Below, piece after piece: positions 49,504-60,481 of a DNA stretch of 64,000 nucleotides (within the stretch, counting starts at the first letter, position 1; each line of letters begins with the position of its first letter). The notes below the pieces were generated by a model. That model was not told the origin of the DNA, did no database searches, and worked only from the letters and a program-made list of their open reading frames with translations. This stretch comes from Desulfurococcaceae archaeon. Lineage in GTDB: Archaea; Thermoproteota; Thermoprotei_A; Sulfolobales; Desulfurococcaceae. A program made the position numbers and the translations under genes. Location of the stretch: NCBI GenBank assembly GCA_038888155.1, contig JAWAJB010000002.1, positions 96,001-160,000 of the forward strand, in the 5' to 3' direction.

Positions 49504-50727
49504 CTATGCACTGATTTTTTCAGGGCTAAGAATTTTAAACACAGCATCAGGATCTTTAAGCACGTGTCCAGTCCCAACCAGCACAACTGTTTCGCTTTTA
49601 GTTAATATTCGATCTTCAAGGGATTTAATATACCCGGCGAGAGTAGTCGCGCTTGCAGGTTCAACTCCAACACCTTCCGTAACTGCAAGTTTCTTCATGG
49701 CGTCTTTTATTTCACTATCGGAGACTGATATAAATGATCCGCCCGACTCGTTAACCGCATTCAATGCTTTAGGCCAATTAACCGGCTTGCCTATTCTAAT
49801 TGCTGAAGCAATTGTTCTTGGAACAGAGACAGGCAATAAACTACTCGATTTGCTTCTCCACGTTAGTACTAAAGGAGAAGCGCCCTCCGCCTGAACACCA
49901 ATCATTCTTGGAACAGATTCTATTATACCGTTCTCGTGGAGTTCTTTGAAACCTTTCCATACTGCATAAATGTTACCCGCGTTTCCAACGGGGACAAATA
50001 CTGCATCAGGTGATTTGCCGAGTTCTTCCACGATTTCGTACGCTATTGTTTTTTGACCTTCAAGTCTCCATGGATTGTATGAATTTAGGGGATATAGATC
50101 TCTCCGTCCCTTTGTTACAACTAATTCTAAAACATTATCTAGCGCCTCATCAAATAATCCGTCGACTTCAACAACCTCGGCACCGTAAAGCATTGCTTGG
50201 GCCAATTTACCGATCGCCACGGACCCCTTCGGTAAGACCACAACGCATCTCAACCCGGCCCTCGCAGCGTATGCTGCGGCCGAAGCCGCGGTGTTTCCCG
50301 TGCTAGCGACTATTACTCCTTTAACTTCAATATGCCTTGCTATTGTAATGGCAACTGTCATCCCCCTATCTTTGAAGCTCCCCGTCGGATTTGAGCCTTC
50401 AAACTTCAAGTAAACTTTGTTATTTCCTGCTTTAGTAATAGGGATTAGCGGAGTGCCGCCCTCGCACAGAGTAACCGGATCGATCGAGTCACTAAGTGGC
50501 AGAAGCTCTCTATATCTCCATACGCAAAATTTTCGTTTTCTGAGGTCTTCCCAGCGAATCAACAGTCTCTCTATGGTGAGAACTTCAAGTGGACGTTTAC
50601 ACTTGGGACAGAAGAATAGCCATGGATCTGGAGGATAGATCGAGTTACAATATATGCATTTTAGCTTCACACCTGGTTTAAATAGGATGACATTTGAATG
50701 CTTATTTATGTTTCCAAAATAATACAC
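49504..50727 (-). CDS. thrC: Threonine synthase
   Basis: NPTGSFKDRG with PLP lysine, ASTGNT, PVGNAGN, TGHVLKD; real start probably later. Confidence 0.93.
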   Translation of the reverse strand: MYYFGNINKHSNVILFKPGVKLKCIYCNSIYPPDPWLFFCPKCKRPLEVLTIERLLIRWEDLRKRKFCVWRYRELLPLSDSIDPVTLCEGGTPLIPITKAGNNKVYLKFEGSNPTGSFKDRGMTVAITIARHIEVKGVIVASTGNTAASAAAYAARAGLRCVVVLPKGSVAIGKLAQAMLYGAEVVEVDGLFDEALDNVLELVVTKGRRDLYPLNSYNPWRLEGQKTIAYEIVEELGKSPDAVFVPVGNAGNIYAVWKGFKELHENGIIESVPRMIGVQAEGASPLVLTWRSKSSSLLPVSVPRTIASAIRIGKPVNWPKALNAVNESGGSFISVSDSEIKDAMKKLAVTEGVGVEPASATTLAGYIKSLEDRILTKSETVVLVGTGHVLKDPDAVFKILSPEKISA

Positions 50728-50983
50728 CTCGTGCCAAATTACTAAACTGCAAAGGTTAATAAGTTTTTATTTGCTTTCCTGACCAAGCGAATCCTCTAAT
50801 CTTAGCTATTACATATAAAGCAAATCGAGCGACATTCAATACTGTTTGTTAGGATACCTATCAAAACCAGCTTTCCTTCCCAATAAGTCATTTTTTGATT
50901 TATTCCTCGCGGATTTCTAGTGAGGAACGATTTCTTTTACTTTTATCATATCCACGCATTTCCCTGCGACAGGAGCTAGGACA

Positions 50984-52261
50984 TCAATTTTTAATAATAT
51001 CTTTTATCAAGTTTACCTCTTGGTCCATTATTTCTTCCCATTTTTTTAGAATTTTTGGCTTCTCGACACGAACATTTTTCTTCTCAATTGTTTCAATGGT
51101 TTTTTGGGCTAGCGCATCTAGATCGGATTCTCTGACTAGGGTCACCCCTTCAAGGCCGCTGTAGTAGATTCTGAGCGCTGGAATATCGTACGCAATAACT
51201 GGTGTATTTAAGTAGATGGACTCCAATACGGCGTATGGGAAAGCATCAACATGGCTTGGATAGAGCATTGCAATAGACTTAGCAACTATGGACAGGCGAT
51301 CCTCCCGCGGAAGAAATCCGTAGAAAATAACATTATCTTTAATTCCTAACCTATCACAAAAGGCTACAATCTTCTTCAAGTTTTCTCCCGAAATTCTACC
51401 AGTAATTGCAAGCTTAAGATCTTGACCACAACTCTTTCTTACCTCTCTAAACGCCATTAAGGCCTCGATCAACCCTTTCTCTGGCGATGGTCTCCCCCCA
51501 AAAACCACAACTCTCTCTTTCCCTCTTCTTCTTTTTACTATGCTAGTGATTAACGACAAGTCCTCAAGTGATAAACCCACTCCAGGATCTAAAGCGATCA
51601 CCTTTTTAGCCCAATCCTCGCCCATCTCCATTGGTATTGATTTTGAAACTGCCAATATCAATTCGAAATTGCTTAGTAATCGCCTTAAGTGCTTTGAAAT
51701 GCCCCTATCGATCTCTCTGTTTATGCCCCAAAAAGCGCGTGTTCTAAAGTCCTCTAAGGTCTTTAACCAAAGGTAGCTCGACTCTTCGATGTTCTTAATG
51801 CGTTTAGAATCTCCGTAAAATGGAGGCAATTGTAAGAGCGCTATGCGTTTGAGGGAAAAAACTTCACCAATTCTATGGCATGTCGCAATCGCATCTATCG
51901 TCTCGTGCATGCTCATTACGCAATGAGATTTAGACAGAACATTTTTATCTATTTCAACTTCAATGAGAGAGAGGAAGGTTGATGTACAGACCGCCAAGCT
52001 CCTTCTCAGGGGAAAATTGTAAGAGAATACTCTTGGCAATACAGATTTCCCGTAGACGCGAAGACCCTCCTTTAGAAGGTCTCGTAACAAGGATAACTCT
52101 TCTTGGGGCGTAAATTGAAATTTTATGCTCCACGGCAAGACTAGAAAATTATTAATTCCGCGGGTCTTATACTCTTTAATTGATAACAGAGCCCGATACC
52201 CGCCACCGCCGGTATTAGGAAAGGGCATAGCAACCGTAATCATATTAATTTCGCTGGGCAT
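50984..52261 (-). CDS. GT4 family glycosyltransferase
   Basis: GGGYR, GRPSPEKG, YPSHVDAFPYAVLES. Confidence 0.88.
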   Translation of the reverse strand: MPSEINMITVAMPFPNTGGGGYRALLSIKEYKTRGINNFLVLPWSIKFQFTPQEELSLLRDLLKEGLRVYGKSVLPRVFSYNFPLRRSLAVCTSTFLSLIEVEIDKNVLSKSHCVMSMHETIDAIATCHRIGEVFSLKRIALLQLPPFYGDSKRIKNIEESSYLWLKTLEDFRTRAFWGINREIDRGISKHLRRLLSNFELILAVSKSIPMEMGEDWAKKVIALDPGVGLSLEDLSLITSIVKRRRGKERVVVFGGRPSPEKGLIEALMAFREVRKSCGQDLKLAITGRISGENLKKIVAFCDRLGIKDNVIFYGFLPREDRLSIVAKSIAMLYPSHVDAFPYAVLESIYLNTPVIAYDIPALRIYYSGLEGVTLVRESDLDALAQKTIETIEKKNVRVEKPKILKKWEEIMDQEVNLIKDIIKN

Positions 52262-53402
52262 ATATTCACCTCCAGATATTTATCTTCGTCGGGCCCTAAA
52301 CATGTTTCCACTTGGCTGTTCCTAAAAATTTACTGTCGGTCGTTTAATTGAATGAGATTAAATTAAAGAGAGATTTCAGAAAAGCTTGTAATGGTTTTCA
52401 ACGGGGCTCTCAATGAGTAGGATAATCTCTACAAGGAGATCATCTTTATGCTTAGAACTTCCCAGAGAACACAGTCCTGATGCATATTCCATCGGCCAAT
52501 CATTTGTGGTTTCGAGCCGTGCATGGTGTTGATAGGAAGGACTTCTAGAAGTAAAGCCAATGTAGATAAAGTAATAACGAAACAATATTATCTTTTTTCA
52601 CATAAATTCAAGATCACAGAAGAAAATTGAACCAAACACGCTCACATTATTTGAACAATTGACGATAATGTAAATTTAATTCGAGTTTGGCTTTAAGCGC
52701 GATGGGGATTAAGAATTTTCCGATATGTGAAAAGAGACCAATAAAGCGCCACCCCTCCGTCACATTAAAACTACGTGGGCTAGCAATGGACATGCAATCA
52801 TCTGGAGAAAAGCCACACAAATTCAAGAGGGACCGGCCGTTCTATATGCTGTTAAAGGTTAACACATTCTAACGGCACAATGAGTGTTTAATTTAGCTTG
52901 AATCCAGGAAGCTCGTATTATTAAGATTCATTCAAGTAATTAGCTAGATATTAAAATGCTAAAGGGCATTAAGAAGCATTATATTCAAAGGACATCTTAG
53001 TACGAGCGGTGAAAATATCATATCGGTTACACTTTATATAAAGTTAGGCGTCGTGCAACACGGGGGATCTCTTTAACGATCATTGCTACAGCTCTATCTA
53101 ATTCATCTCGCGTTTCGGCAAGCATGACATCAGCTACTTAAAAATTAGGCACAACCTGATAAGTACCGGGGTTACTACCAGGGTTTATCGTATTGAATAA
53201 AAACGATATTGATGACAAATCTTCGACTGTGTTCCATAGTTAGTGTTTGGGCAGATAAATAATCAGGGCATTTACCTATGAATGAGGTTGCAGCCGTTGG
53301 ACTGGGTTAACCTTGTCTGTGGAAAATATACATCCGGCCTTACGATCTTTAATAAAGCCGATCGCATGCAACTTAGATAAATTGTCGAGTAAAATTTTAA
53401 AA

Positions 53403-53744
53403 CTATTGCTGTTTAGAACAGAGTTTTCTGACCTCATTTATAGCATTTTCAAGCACCTCTTCTATGTCATTTGATGTTAAACCGCACAACTCTAAGCCAA
53501 TTTCTTGAATAAACACCATGACGTATTTTACCAATTCATCTATCGGCACTTTCGATCTTGCCAATGTCTTTAAGGCTTCTTCGAACTCCTCGATCGGTTC
53601 AACGAAAAAATCTCCAGTCAAAATGACCCCGTCCACATAGCAATTCTTTAACTTGAGACAAATTTTTATTAATTTACCTCCAGCGCGTTTTTTCTCTTTA
53701 CATATAACATCAACTCTCATACTTTTACACCACCAATGTTTCAA
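53403..53744 (-). CDS. Lipoate-protein ligase C-terminal accessory subunit (LplB-like)
   Basis: GGKLIK...ILTGDFF; directly downstream of lplA. Confidence 0.8.
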   Translation of the reverse strand: MKHWWCKSMRVDVICKEKKRAGGKLIKICLKLKNCYVDGVILTGDFFVEPIEEFEEALKTLARSKVPIDELVKYVMVFIQEIGLELCGLTSNDIEEVLENAINEVRKLCSKQQ

Positions 53745-54606
53745 GCACTTTTTCTTGCTCTGAGCTAGGTTTTCCTATTTCGTATAAAGCTCGGTACTCC
53801 TCATCGGTTATTAATGTTCTTAATTCCTCTGTATATGCCAGATTCCAATCAATCCTAGAATACCTAGTTTTATAGAGCTCTACGGCCAGAGCCGCTTCCC
53901 TCTGTCTGTAACTGCCCCACTCAATTTGTACACCGAGCTTTTTTGAGAGCGATTCTCCGATAACATTTAAAATCTCGGTTATATTTACGGCCCTACCTAA
54001 AGCCTCCTCCAAGTTTACTACTCTTTTTACGCGGCTACTCGTGAACTTTTTATCCGAAAGTTTTTCCTTAGATATTTTGAGAACTCTCCACATAATGTCT
54101 GTGTTACTAGAGACAAGCATTGATCCATGGACAAATAAACCGAGCGGACTCCTCGTTGCAGCCAAACCGGAGATCTTTAATCCCTCTACCTCTATGTCAT
54201 TGAGTGGCCTATAATAAGCGTCTTTCACTCCGAGTGCCTTAAGCGAGTCTGCGACAGCCTCACCGACTAATTTAAAACCCTCCTCAAGGCTTAACTTGAA
54301 GCCTGGTAGGCTAATAGCATAGTTAACATTACCTAGGTCCTGATATACAGCGCCACCACCCGTAAACCTTCGCACAAGTTTTATGCCGTGATTAAAGGCT
54401 TCAATAGCATTAATTTCTAGTATGGGCGATTGCAATCTGCCTATAACAATAGCTCTATCATTTCTCCAAAACCTTATAGTTGGCTCATTAGCTGACCTAA
54501 ACAGGGCCTCCTCAAAAGCGATATTAAAGAATTGGTTACTAGGCCACTCGCAAATAATAGCCCTTACAGCTTTATTTGTCATAGAATGCACCACACAAAA
54601 ATCCAT
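53725..54606 (-). CDS. lplA: Lipoate-protein ligase catalytic domain
   Basis: RRFTGGGAVYQD, NDIEVEGLKISG, HGSML. Confidence 0.88.
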   Translation of the reverse strand: MDFCVVHSMTNKAVRAIICEWPSNQFFNIAFEEALFRSANEPTIRFWRNDRAIVIGRLQSPILEINAIEAFNHGIKLVRRFTGGGAVYQDLGNVNYAISLPGFKLSLEEGFKLVGEAVADSLKALGVKDAYYRPLNDIEVEGLKISGLAATRSPLGLFVHGSMLVSSNTDIMWRVLKISKEKLSDKKFTSSRVKRVVNLEEALGRAVNITEILNVIGESLSKKLGVQIEWGSYRQREAALAVELYKTRYSRIDWNLAYTEELRTLITDEEYRALYEIGKPSSEQEKVLETLVV

Positions 54607-54827
54607 TGTACATTTTTCTGTTTTTAGCTTATATTATTGGAATTTTACAATTTTTCGTGATTTCATTGGGGCGCTTACTAAGTAACTTTAGTAATTTATC
54701 TAGATCCTTTTGATGTAAGATCACATTATTTACAAGGCCTTTAAAGGCAAAGCTACCTTATTAGATCCATTTAACTATACTGCCAATGCTCTAAAGCGCG
54801 ACTTCATGCTGTAAACTATAGCGCTAA

Positions 54828-55580
54828 CTATTTAATTATTAGCGTAATTTCCCTTTGATCGCTAGGAACACCCCTTAGCGATTGTAGCATTCCCTTAATA
54901 GTTGAACTAATTATGTTTTTAACAAAAGCGTTCAGGGGCACCTCTATGCCGTTAACTATCAACTTCACACCTGAAACAGCTGGGCACCAATCTGCCTCGC
55001 CACGCAGGAAAGCTAGCAGAAGTTCATAGCAACTAAAACGGCTACACATTTGGCAGTTAGTCCTCGGAAGCTGATCAAAAAAGAAATCAAGTGCTCTTTT
55101 CTCTATTAATTGCGTCAGTTCACTCTCGTCACCAAATTTAAAAAATCTCAATTCGCTAGGTATGTATGATAGATCTGCTTGAGATACTACGGCAATAGCG
55201 CTACTTACATGGCTGTGTAGCTCTTCTAGCTCAACTTGATTACGCACTATGAGAACAGCGTCGCCCAGTATTTCGCCTTTGTAGCCCTCGACTATTACTA
55301 TCGGTGTTTTGAGAAATTGAACAGAGCTCTTAAGCGCATCTAGGTGATCTGCCTTGTATATTATTGCTAAATTAGGTGACGATACAACGACAACGTCGGC
55401 ACCTCCTTCGAGATACTCACTGCTGTCTTTTTCCTCTAGAACTATGCCGTGGCTACAGTGTTTAATGACCCCAACTAAGTAGCCCCTTCGCTTTAAGAGC
55501 TCGAGAACTCTCCTTGCTACTCGCGTTTTTCCTGCCCCCGATCCCATTGACACAAACCTCACAACATACGGAAAGGGCAT
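54828..55580 (-). CDS. mobB: MobB with C-terminal Fe-S domain
   Basis: SGAGKT, GVIKH, IVEGYK, LPRTNCQMC...C...CP. Confidence 0.85.
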   Translation of the reverse strand: MPFPYVVRFVSMGSGAGKTRVARRVLELLKRRGYLVGVIKHCSHGIVLEEKDSSEYLEGGADVVVVSSPNLAIIYKADHLDALKSSVQFLKTPIVIVEGYKGEILGDAVLIVRNQVELEELHSHVSSAIAVVSQADLSYIPSELRFFKFGDESELTQLIEKRALDFFFDQLPRTNCQMCSRFSCYELLLAFLRGEADWCPAVSGVKLIVNGIEVPLNAFVKNIISSTIKGMLQSLRGVPSDQREITLIIK

Positions 55581-55663
55581 CCTATTGCCACCATGTTATT
55601 TAAACGTAATTATTGTCAAATTATTTAAGATACGGACTCTAGAACAAGGTCCCTAGGGAAAAT

Positions 55664-55691
55664 ATATAAGTTACTTAACTAAGTAACTTAT
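55664..55691. promoter_or_regulatory. Palindromic operator overlapping the ABC exporter promoter (copy 2)
   Basis: atataagttacttaactaagtaacttat, beginning in the TATA box; 27/28 identity to the PadR upstream site. Confidence 0.8.
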
Positions 55692-55715
55692 TAATTAACG
55701 ATTAAGGCGGTTCAA

Positions 55716-56696
55716 ATGGATGAGATCGTAGTCGTTGACAACTTGGTCAAGAAGTTTAAGGACGTGATCGCGGTAAATAAAGTATCCTTCAAGATCCGCA
55801 GAGGGGAAGTGTTCTCTCTCTTAGGTCCAAATGGAGCAGGAAAAACAACGACCATATACATCATATCAACCTTGCTTAAACCAACATCGGGTCACGTAAT
55901 GGTTAACGGTTTTAACGTGGCTAAGGAACCCGATAAGGTTAGAAAGGAAATAGGACTCGTATTTCAAGATCCTAGCCTTGACCTGAATCTTACAGTATAT
56001 GATAACATGTATATCCACGGTAGACTGTATGGGCTTAGAGGTTATGAACTAGATAGAAAAATTACCGAGCTTTTAGAATTCGTGGACCTCAAGGATTACA
56101 TGCACAAACAAGTTAGGTATCTGAGCGGAGGGATGAAGAGGAGACTTGAAGTAGCGCGCGGACTATTGCACGAACCAGAACTACTGATCCTCGATGAGCC
56201 CACAATAGGACTAGATCCACACTCGCGAGCGAAAATATGGGACTATATAAGATACTTGAGGAAAAAACGCGATTTGACATTATTGCTAACCACGCATTAC
56301 ATGGATGAAGCCGAAGAACTATCAACGAGAGTTGCAATTATGGACTATGGAAGGATTATAGCTCATGGCAACGTGGACGAGCTAAGAAGCCTAGTAGGCG
56401 AAGACGTTATTTTGGTAACTGGTAGAAGCAACTTAAGTAAACTTTGCGACAACCTTTTAGACGTAAAGTCTTGCAATTTGATCGGACCAAATCGAGTGGA
56501 GATTTTAGTGTCAGATGCCCCCAAATTATTACCAGAGATCATACGAAAAGCTGATGAGCATCGATTAGAGATATTGGAGATTAGTTATAGAAGACCTTCT
56601 CTGAATGAGGTTTTCTTGCATTTAACTGGTAGAGAACTAAGGGATGTTCTTGATAGTCAGCCCAACTTGCTAATGGGACATCGAATTTTCAGGTGA
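55716..56696 (+). CDS. ABC-2 exporter ATP-binding subunit (DrrA-like)
   Basis: GPNGAGKTT, LSGGMKRR, LDEPT, TTHYMDEA, PSLNEVFLHLTG. Confidence 0.93.
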   Translation: MDEIVVVDNLVKKFKDVIAVNKVSFKIRRGEVFSLLGPNGAGKTTTIYIISTLLKPTSGHVMVNGFNVAKEPDKVRKEIGLVFQDPSLDLNLTVYDNMYIHGRLYGLRGYELDRKITELLEFVDLKDYMHKQVRYLSGGMKRRLEVARGLLHEPELLILDEPTIGLDPHSRAKIWDYIRYLRKKRDLTLLLTTHYMDEAEELSTRVAIMDYGRIIAHGNVDELRSLVGEDVILVTGRSNLSKLCDNLLDVKSCNLIGPNRVEILVSDAPKLLPEIIRKADEHRLEILEISYRRPSLNEVFLHLTGRELRDVLDSQPNLLMGHRIFR

Positions 56697-56702
56697 TCCA
56701 GA

Positions 56703-57554
56703 GTGCAGGATGCCCTTGTTTCAATGGTTTACAGACAGTTGAAGAGGTGGATTAATTCTCGATCAAGGCTTTTATCAGTTATATTTCAACCTCTCCTTTG
56801 GCTAATTTTCCTTGGAGTGGGCTTTGGAAAAATATTTGACCCATCGAACCTTGACTCATCCAACCTAGGAGTAAATGCTACAGCTATACCGGCAGTAAAA
56901 GAAATTGTGTCTAATTACTTTAGTGCAATCTTCGGGGGTCTTGATTATGTAACTTTTCTGATAAGTGGGATGATCGCTATGACAGCTTTCATGGGGAGCT
57001 TCATATCTGGAATTAGCGTTATATGGGATAAACAATTCGGTTTCCTTAAAGAGACGCTAGTAGCACCAGCTCCTCGTAGCGCCATTATTATTGGAAGAAT
57101 AGTTGGAGACTCATTAATCACTACAATACAATCGTTAATAATCGTTTTACTCGCTTTTGTGTTCACGGGAAATATAAATATTTTAGGCATACCACTAGCA
57201 ATGATGTACATTTTCATGATGTCGATTGGCCTTACAAGCATAGGCACGGTTATATCTCTGAAGTTTCAGAGCGTCGAAGGATTTCAAATATTAGTTAACA
57301 TTATCATAATGCCATTTATGTTTGCGAGCGGTGTATTTTACCCAGTAAACTTTATGCCAGAGTGGATGAAACTGTTCTCCACAATTAACCCGCTCACATA
57401 TGCCGTCCACGGCACAAGGTACTGGCTAACTAAAGCAAATGTGGGACTGGATTACCTAAATCCAATGATAGATGCAACAGTTCTCCTAGTGACTGCTGTT
57501 GTATCCATGTGGGTAGCTAAAATTACGTTCGAGAGGACTACAATAGAGGATTAA
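56703..57554 (+). CDS. ABC-2 exporter permease (DrrB-like)
   Basis: QPLLWL, DKQFGFLKETLVAP, SGVFYP, NPLTY. Confidence 0.92.
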   Translation: MQDALVSMVYRQLKRWINSRSRLLSVIFQPLLWLIFLGVGFGKIFDPSNLDSSNLGVNATAIPAVKEIVSNYFSAIFGGLDYVTFLISGMIAMTAFMGSFISGISVIWDKQFGFLKETLVAPAPRSAIIIGRIVGDSLITTIQSLIIVLLAFVFTGNINILGIPLAMMYIFMMSIGLTSIGTVISLKFQSVEGFQILVNIIIMPFMFASGVFYPVNFMPEWMKLFSTINPLTYAVHGTRYWLTKANVGLDYLNPMIDATVLLVTAVVSMWVAKITFERTTIED

Positions 57555-57600
57555 TAGCTTATGTTTGGCGTTGGTTATCAAATTATATATACTTTATCGA

Positions 57601-58299
57601 TTACAACGTTGTAACTAATATGGTAGCAACCGAGCCTACAATGAGCAAAAACGTATATACAGAGTTTTTATTTAATTTTAATGGAGTTTTTACGCCTGTC
57701 TTGAGCCTCCAGTAACAGTACTCATCAATGAAACGACCTATTTCAATCATGCTAGCGACAGCGGGAGGAATCCTCTTAGTTACCTGCTCCCCCTTAAGGC
57801 TTCCTACACTAAGCGAATCCATGAAGTTTTTCAAGCCATATGGTACCAATCTCCAAAGTAAAAGAGGAAAAACGCAAGAACGCTTAGACCTTAGAAAGTA
57901 CAGCAAGTTATGAATTTCTATAGGCGAAATAGTTGCAAATATAAATATTAAGGAAAGCGAGAACCCAATTGCACGACCGGCAATTTCAAGTATCTGCAGC
58001 GTTTCCATGTAATAGAGTCCTGTAAATGAGAGGATATATGCTGAAATCGATAGATACAATCCAGCCAAAGAGGAAAGTATAGTTGACGCCAAAATCCACT
58101 CAGGGTGGGGGCTGAGAAGCCCGAGCGGTATAATTATAAACGACATTAAATAGGCCCGCTCCGGAATAGTCATCATCAACAGCAAAACAACTGAGACGAA
58201 TATTATCTTAGATAAGTAGTGAGCTTTTCTATAACCTTCGTCTCCAAACAGGAAAAAGGATTTATATACAATTGAAACAAGCCATCCTATGAAGCCCAT
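57601..58299 (-). CDS. ECF transporter transmembrane T component (divergent)
   Basis: Hydrophobic protein downstream of the ECF ATPase and S component. Confidence 0.6.
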   Translation of the reverse strand: MGFIGWLVSIVYKSFFLFGDEGYRKAHYLSKIIFVSVVLLLMMTIPERAYLMSFIIIPLGLLSPHPEWILASTILSSLAGLYLSISAYILSFTGLYYMETLQILEIAGRAIGFSLSLIFIFATISPIEIHNLLYFLRSKRSCVFPLLLWRLVPYGLKNFMDSLSVGSLKGEQVTKRIPPAVASMIEIGRFIDEYCYWRLKTGVKTPLKLNKNSVYTFLLIVGSVATILVTTL

Positions 58300-58311
58300 G
58301 CTAAACCACCT

Positions 58312-59631
58312 CTATGTGGACAATTTAATCAAATAATCTACATAGCTCATGATCCTATCATCGTGAGAGGCAACCACAACTGTTTTTTTCTCCGAAACGA
58401 GGTCAAATAGAGCGTGTAAGACCTCCTTACAATTATCATAGTCTAGACCTCCTGTCGGTTCATCTATGAAATACCCCTCAAACCCCGCAAGATAAGCTGA
58501 AGCTATTGCGAGCCTTCTTCTCTCGCCGCTACTAAGCTTCGCCAAAGGTTTATCTAAAACTTTATTTAGATTAAACCTATCAGTTATATCGCGAACAGAG
58601 TTTTCGTTCCCCCTAGCTGAAGCAAGTAGTTCCTCTCTTGGAGTTGGCATGGTGAAGTAAAGTAGTGGATTTTCAGGTATGTATATAGAGCTCCCCCTTC
58701 TCGTTATTCGTCCTCTGGAAGGCTTTAAGGCGCCAGCTGCAAGTTTTAAAATAGTTGATTTACCAGACCCATTAGGTCCCGTAATGCATGTGAAGGTGCC
58801 CTTATTGAAGGATCCGCTAAAATTTTTGAGTACGAAACTACCGCCGGGATACTTAAACCAGACATTTTCAAATTGAACGAATAAATCGCCGCTAACGCGA
58901 GAGGCTCTCTTTTCCGAAACACCCAAATTTTTTATAACTTCCTGAGTCCACTTACCATAGTAGACCAGCCTCCCGTCTTCTAGGTAAATTAAAGTTGGTT
59001 GAAGAGGCTCCCAGAAACTTGGGTTATGATCTACTGCGAGAATGCTAACTCCGAGATTCAGCGCTTTTTTAGCGAACAATATTACTTCATTTCTTGCCTC
59101 ACGATCTAAATATACCGTTGGCTCATCGAGGATCATTAGTTTTGTGTTAACTAATACAGACTCGGACCACAAAACTCTTTGGATCTCGCCCGCACTTAAA
59201 GTATAAGTCAACCTTCCCAGGAGTCTCTCTACGTCGAACGGAATTATGTTCATATTTGTGCAATTTACACCAGCCAGAGAGAGAAACTGGCATATTTCTG
59301 CATACACGGTGTGTCCTATGAATGCGTACCAGGGTTCTTGGGGAATATATGCCATTGTGCGAAAGACCTCTTCGGCATTCATGCTTTCTATATCCCTACC
59401 ACCCAGGAGGATTTTCCCGTCTATGAATCCGCCCGCAGCTTTAAGCGTCCCAGTTATGGCCCTAACTAATGTTGTCTTTCCGCTACCTGATCTACCAGAT
59501 ATCACTAATATTTCACCTTCGTCTATCTTGAAGCTTATATCACGTAGTTGAAAGCCGTCCTTGTAGCCACAGCAATTTATTTTGGATTCTAGTAGGCTCA
59601 AAGAATCAACACCATTAATATTAGTTGACAT
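58312..59631 (-). CDS. ECF transporter fused double ATPase
   Basis: Two Walker A motifs (GRSGSGKT, GPNGSGKS), LSAGE/LSSGE, two DEPT. Confidence 0.9.
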   Translation of the reverse strand: MSTNINGVDSLSLLESKINCCGYKDGFQLRDISFKIDEGEILVISGRSGSGKTTLVRAITGTLKAAGGFIDGKILLGGRDIESMNAEEVFRTMAYIPQEPWYAFIGHTVYAEICQFLSLAGVNCTNMNIIPFDVERLLGRLTYTLSAGEIQRVLWSESVLVNTKLMILDEPTVYLDREARNEVILFAKKALNLGVSILAVDHNPSFWEPLQPTLIYLEDGRLVYYGKWTQEVIKNLGVSEKRASRVSGDLFVQFENVWFKYPGGSFVLKNFSGSFNKGTFTCITGPNGSGKSTILKLAAGALKPSRGRITRRGSSIYIPENPLLYFTMPTPREELLASARGNENSVRDITDRFNLNKVLDKPLAKLSSGERRRLAIASAYLAGFEGYFIDEPTGGLDYDNCKEVLHALFDLVSEKKTVVVASHDDRIMSYVDYLIKLST

Positions 59632-59671
59632 GATTGGTGGATATTAAAAATACATGAAAGCGCGCTGGCTA

Positions 59672-60418
59672 CTACTTAAAGTAGCCGGCCTTTCTTAGCC
59701 AAGCAGCTAACGGCAGAGATATTGAAATCCCCGCTACTAGCTGTCCAATGTTTACGGGAACCTCGATTAGAGCTCCAATAGGATCTCTTCCCGTTAGCGG
59801 GTTGCTTACAAAGTATTCATACATGAAGTAGCCTAACACCATTATTATTCCCGCTGTAAATAATGAAATGACTTCGCCCGCTGTTATGTTTTTCTTTGTA
59901 AGCATTAACATGATAAGAGCACCTAGAAATATACCAACAGTAACCCAAATAGCTATAGAGATCTCTAAATATGGCTGATCAAAAGTGAAAGTTAACCACT
60001 GAGGCGGACCGATGTATATGCCGCCTGACCATAAAACTGTAGACACTGTTAAAAAGGCAGCAGTTGATGCTCCACCTGCAATAAGGGCCTGCCAAAAACC
60101 GTGAAGCCCCCTTAACTTCTTCACCAACAGCCCAGCAATATAGCCCTCAATGAATTTTATAATTAGTGTGCCAGGCGCAAATACTGCATAACCTGTTGAT
60201 AGGTCTGCAAGCGCGGCTCCTATGCCTCCGGCTATGCCTGCGACTAATGGTGAAGATACTAGGGCTGCAAGGTATATTATTGCCTCCCCAACGTTGAAAT
60301 ATCCACCCGTAACTGGTTGGTATATCTGTAGAACGATTGTGGCAACATAAACAAGTACTGTAAAAACTACTAATTCAATGGTGTTCGTTCTTACGAGCGG
60401 CATGGGGAGTCTCCACAC
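59672..60418 (-). CDS. ECF transporter S component (HmpT/PdxU2-like N-terminal motif)
   Basis: GGYFNVGE...AGGIGAALADL..GYAVFAPGTLIIK...EG; EVPVNIGQ. Confidence 0.8.
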   Translation of the reverse strand: MWRLPMPLVRTNTIELVVFTVLVYVATIVLQIYQPVTGGYFNVGEAIIYLAALVSSPLVAGIAGGIGAALADLSTGYAVFAPGTLIIKFIEGYIAGLLVKKLRGLHGFWQALIAGGASTAAFLTVSTVLWSGGIYIGPPQWLTFTFDQPYLEISIAIWVTVGIFLGALIMLMLTKKNITAGEVISLFTAGIIMVLGYFMYEYFVSNPLTGRDPIGALIEVPVNIGQLVAGISISLPLAAWLRKAGYFK

Positions 60419-60437
60419 CTTTATTTTGTATTTATAC

Positions 60438-60459
60438 TCTTAAAGTTTATCCTTTAAGA
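60438..60459. promoter_or_regulatory. Inverted repeat overlapping the ECF operon promoter
   Basis: tcttaaag-N6-ctttaaga, perfect 8-bp arms, 20-41 nt upstream of the S-component start. Confidence 0.5.
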
Positions 60460-60481
60460 AAATCTTTCAATATAATGTAAC

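Noticed and set aside
48401-50770. Shared ataagttttta upstream of thrB and thrC as an operator
   Set aside because: Explained by AT-rich BRE/TATA elements; not palindromic
52304-52315. ORB-like sequence (gtttccacttgg) suggesting a replication origin
   Set aside because: Single imperfect match, no G-string or repeats, and no cdc6/orc1 nearby
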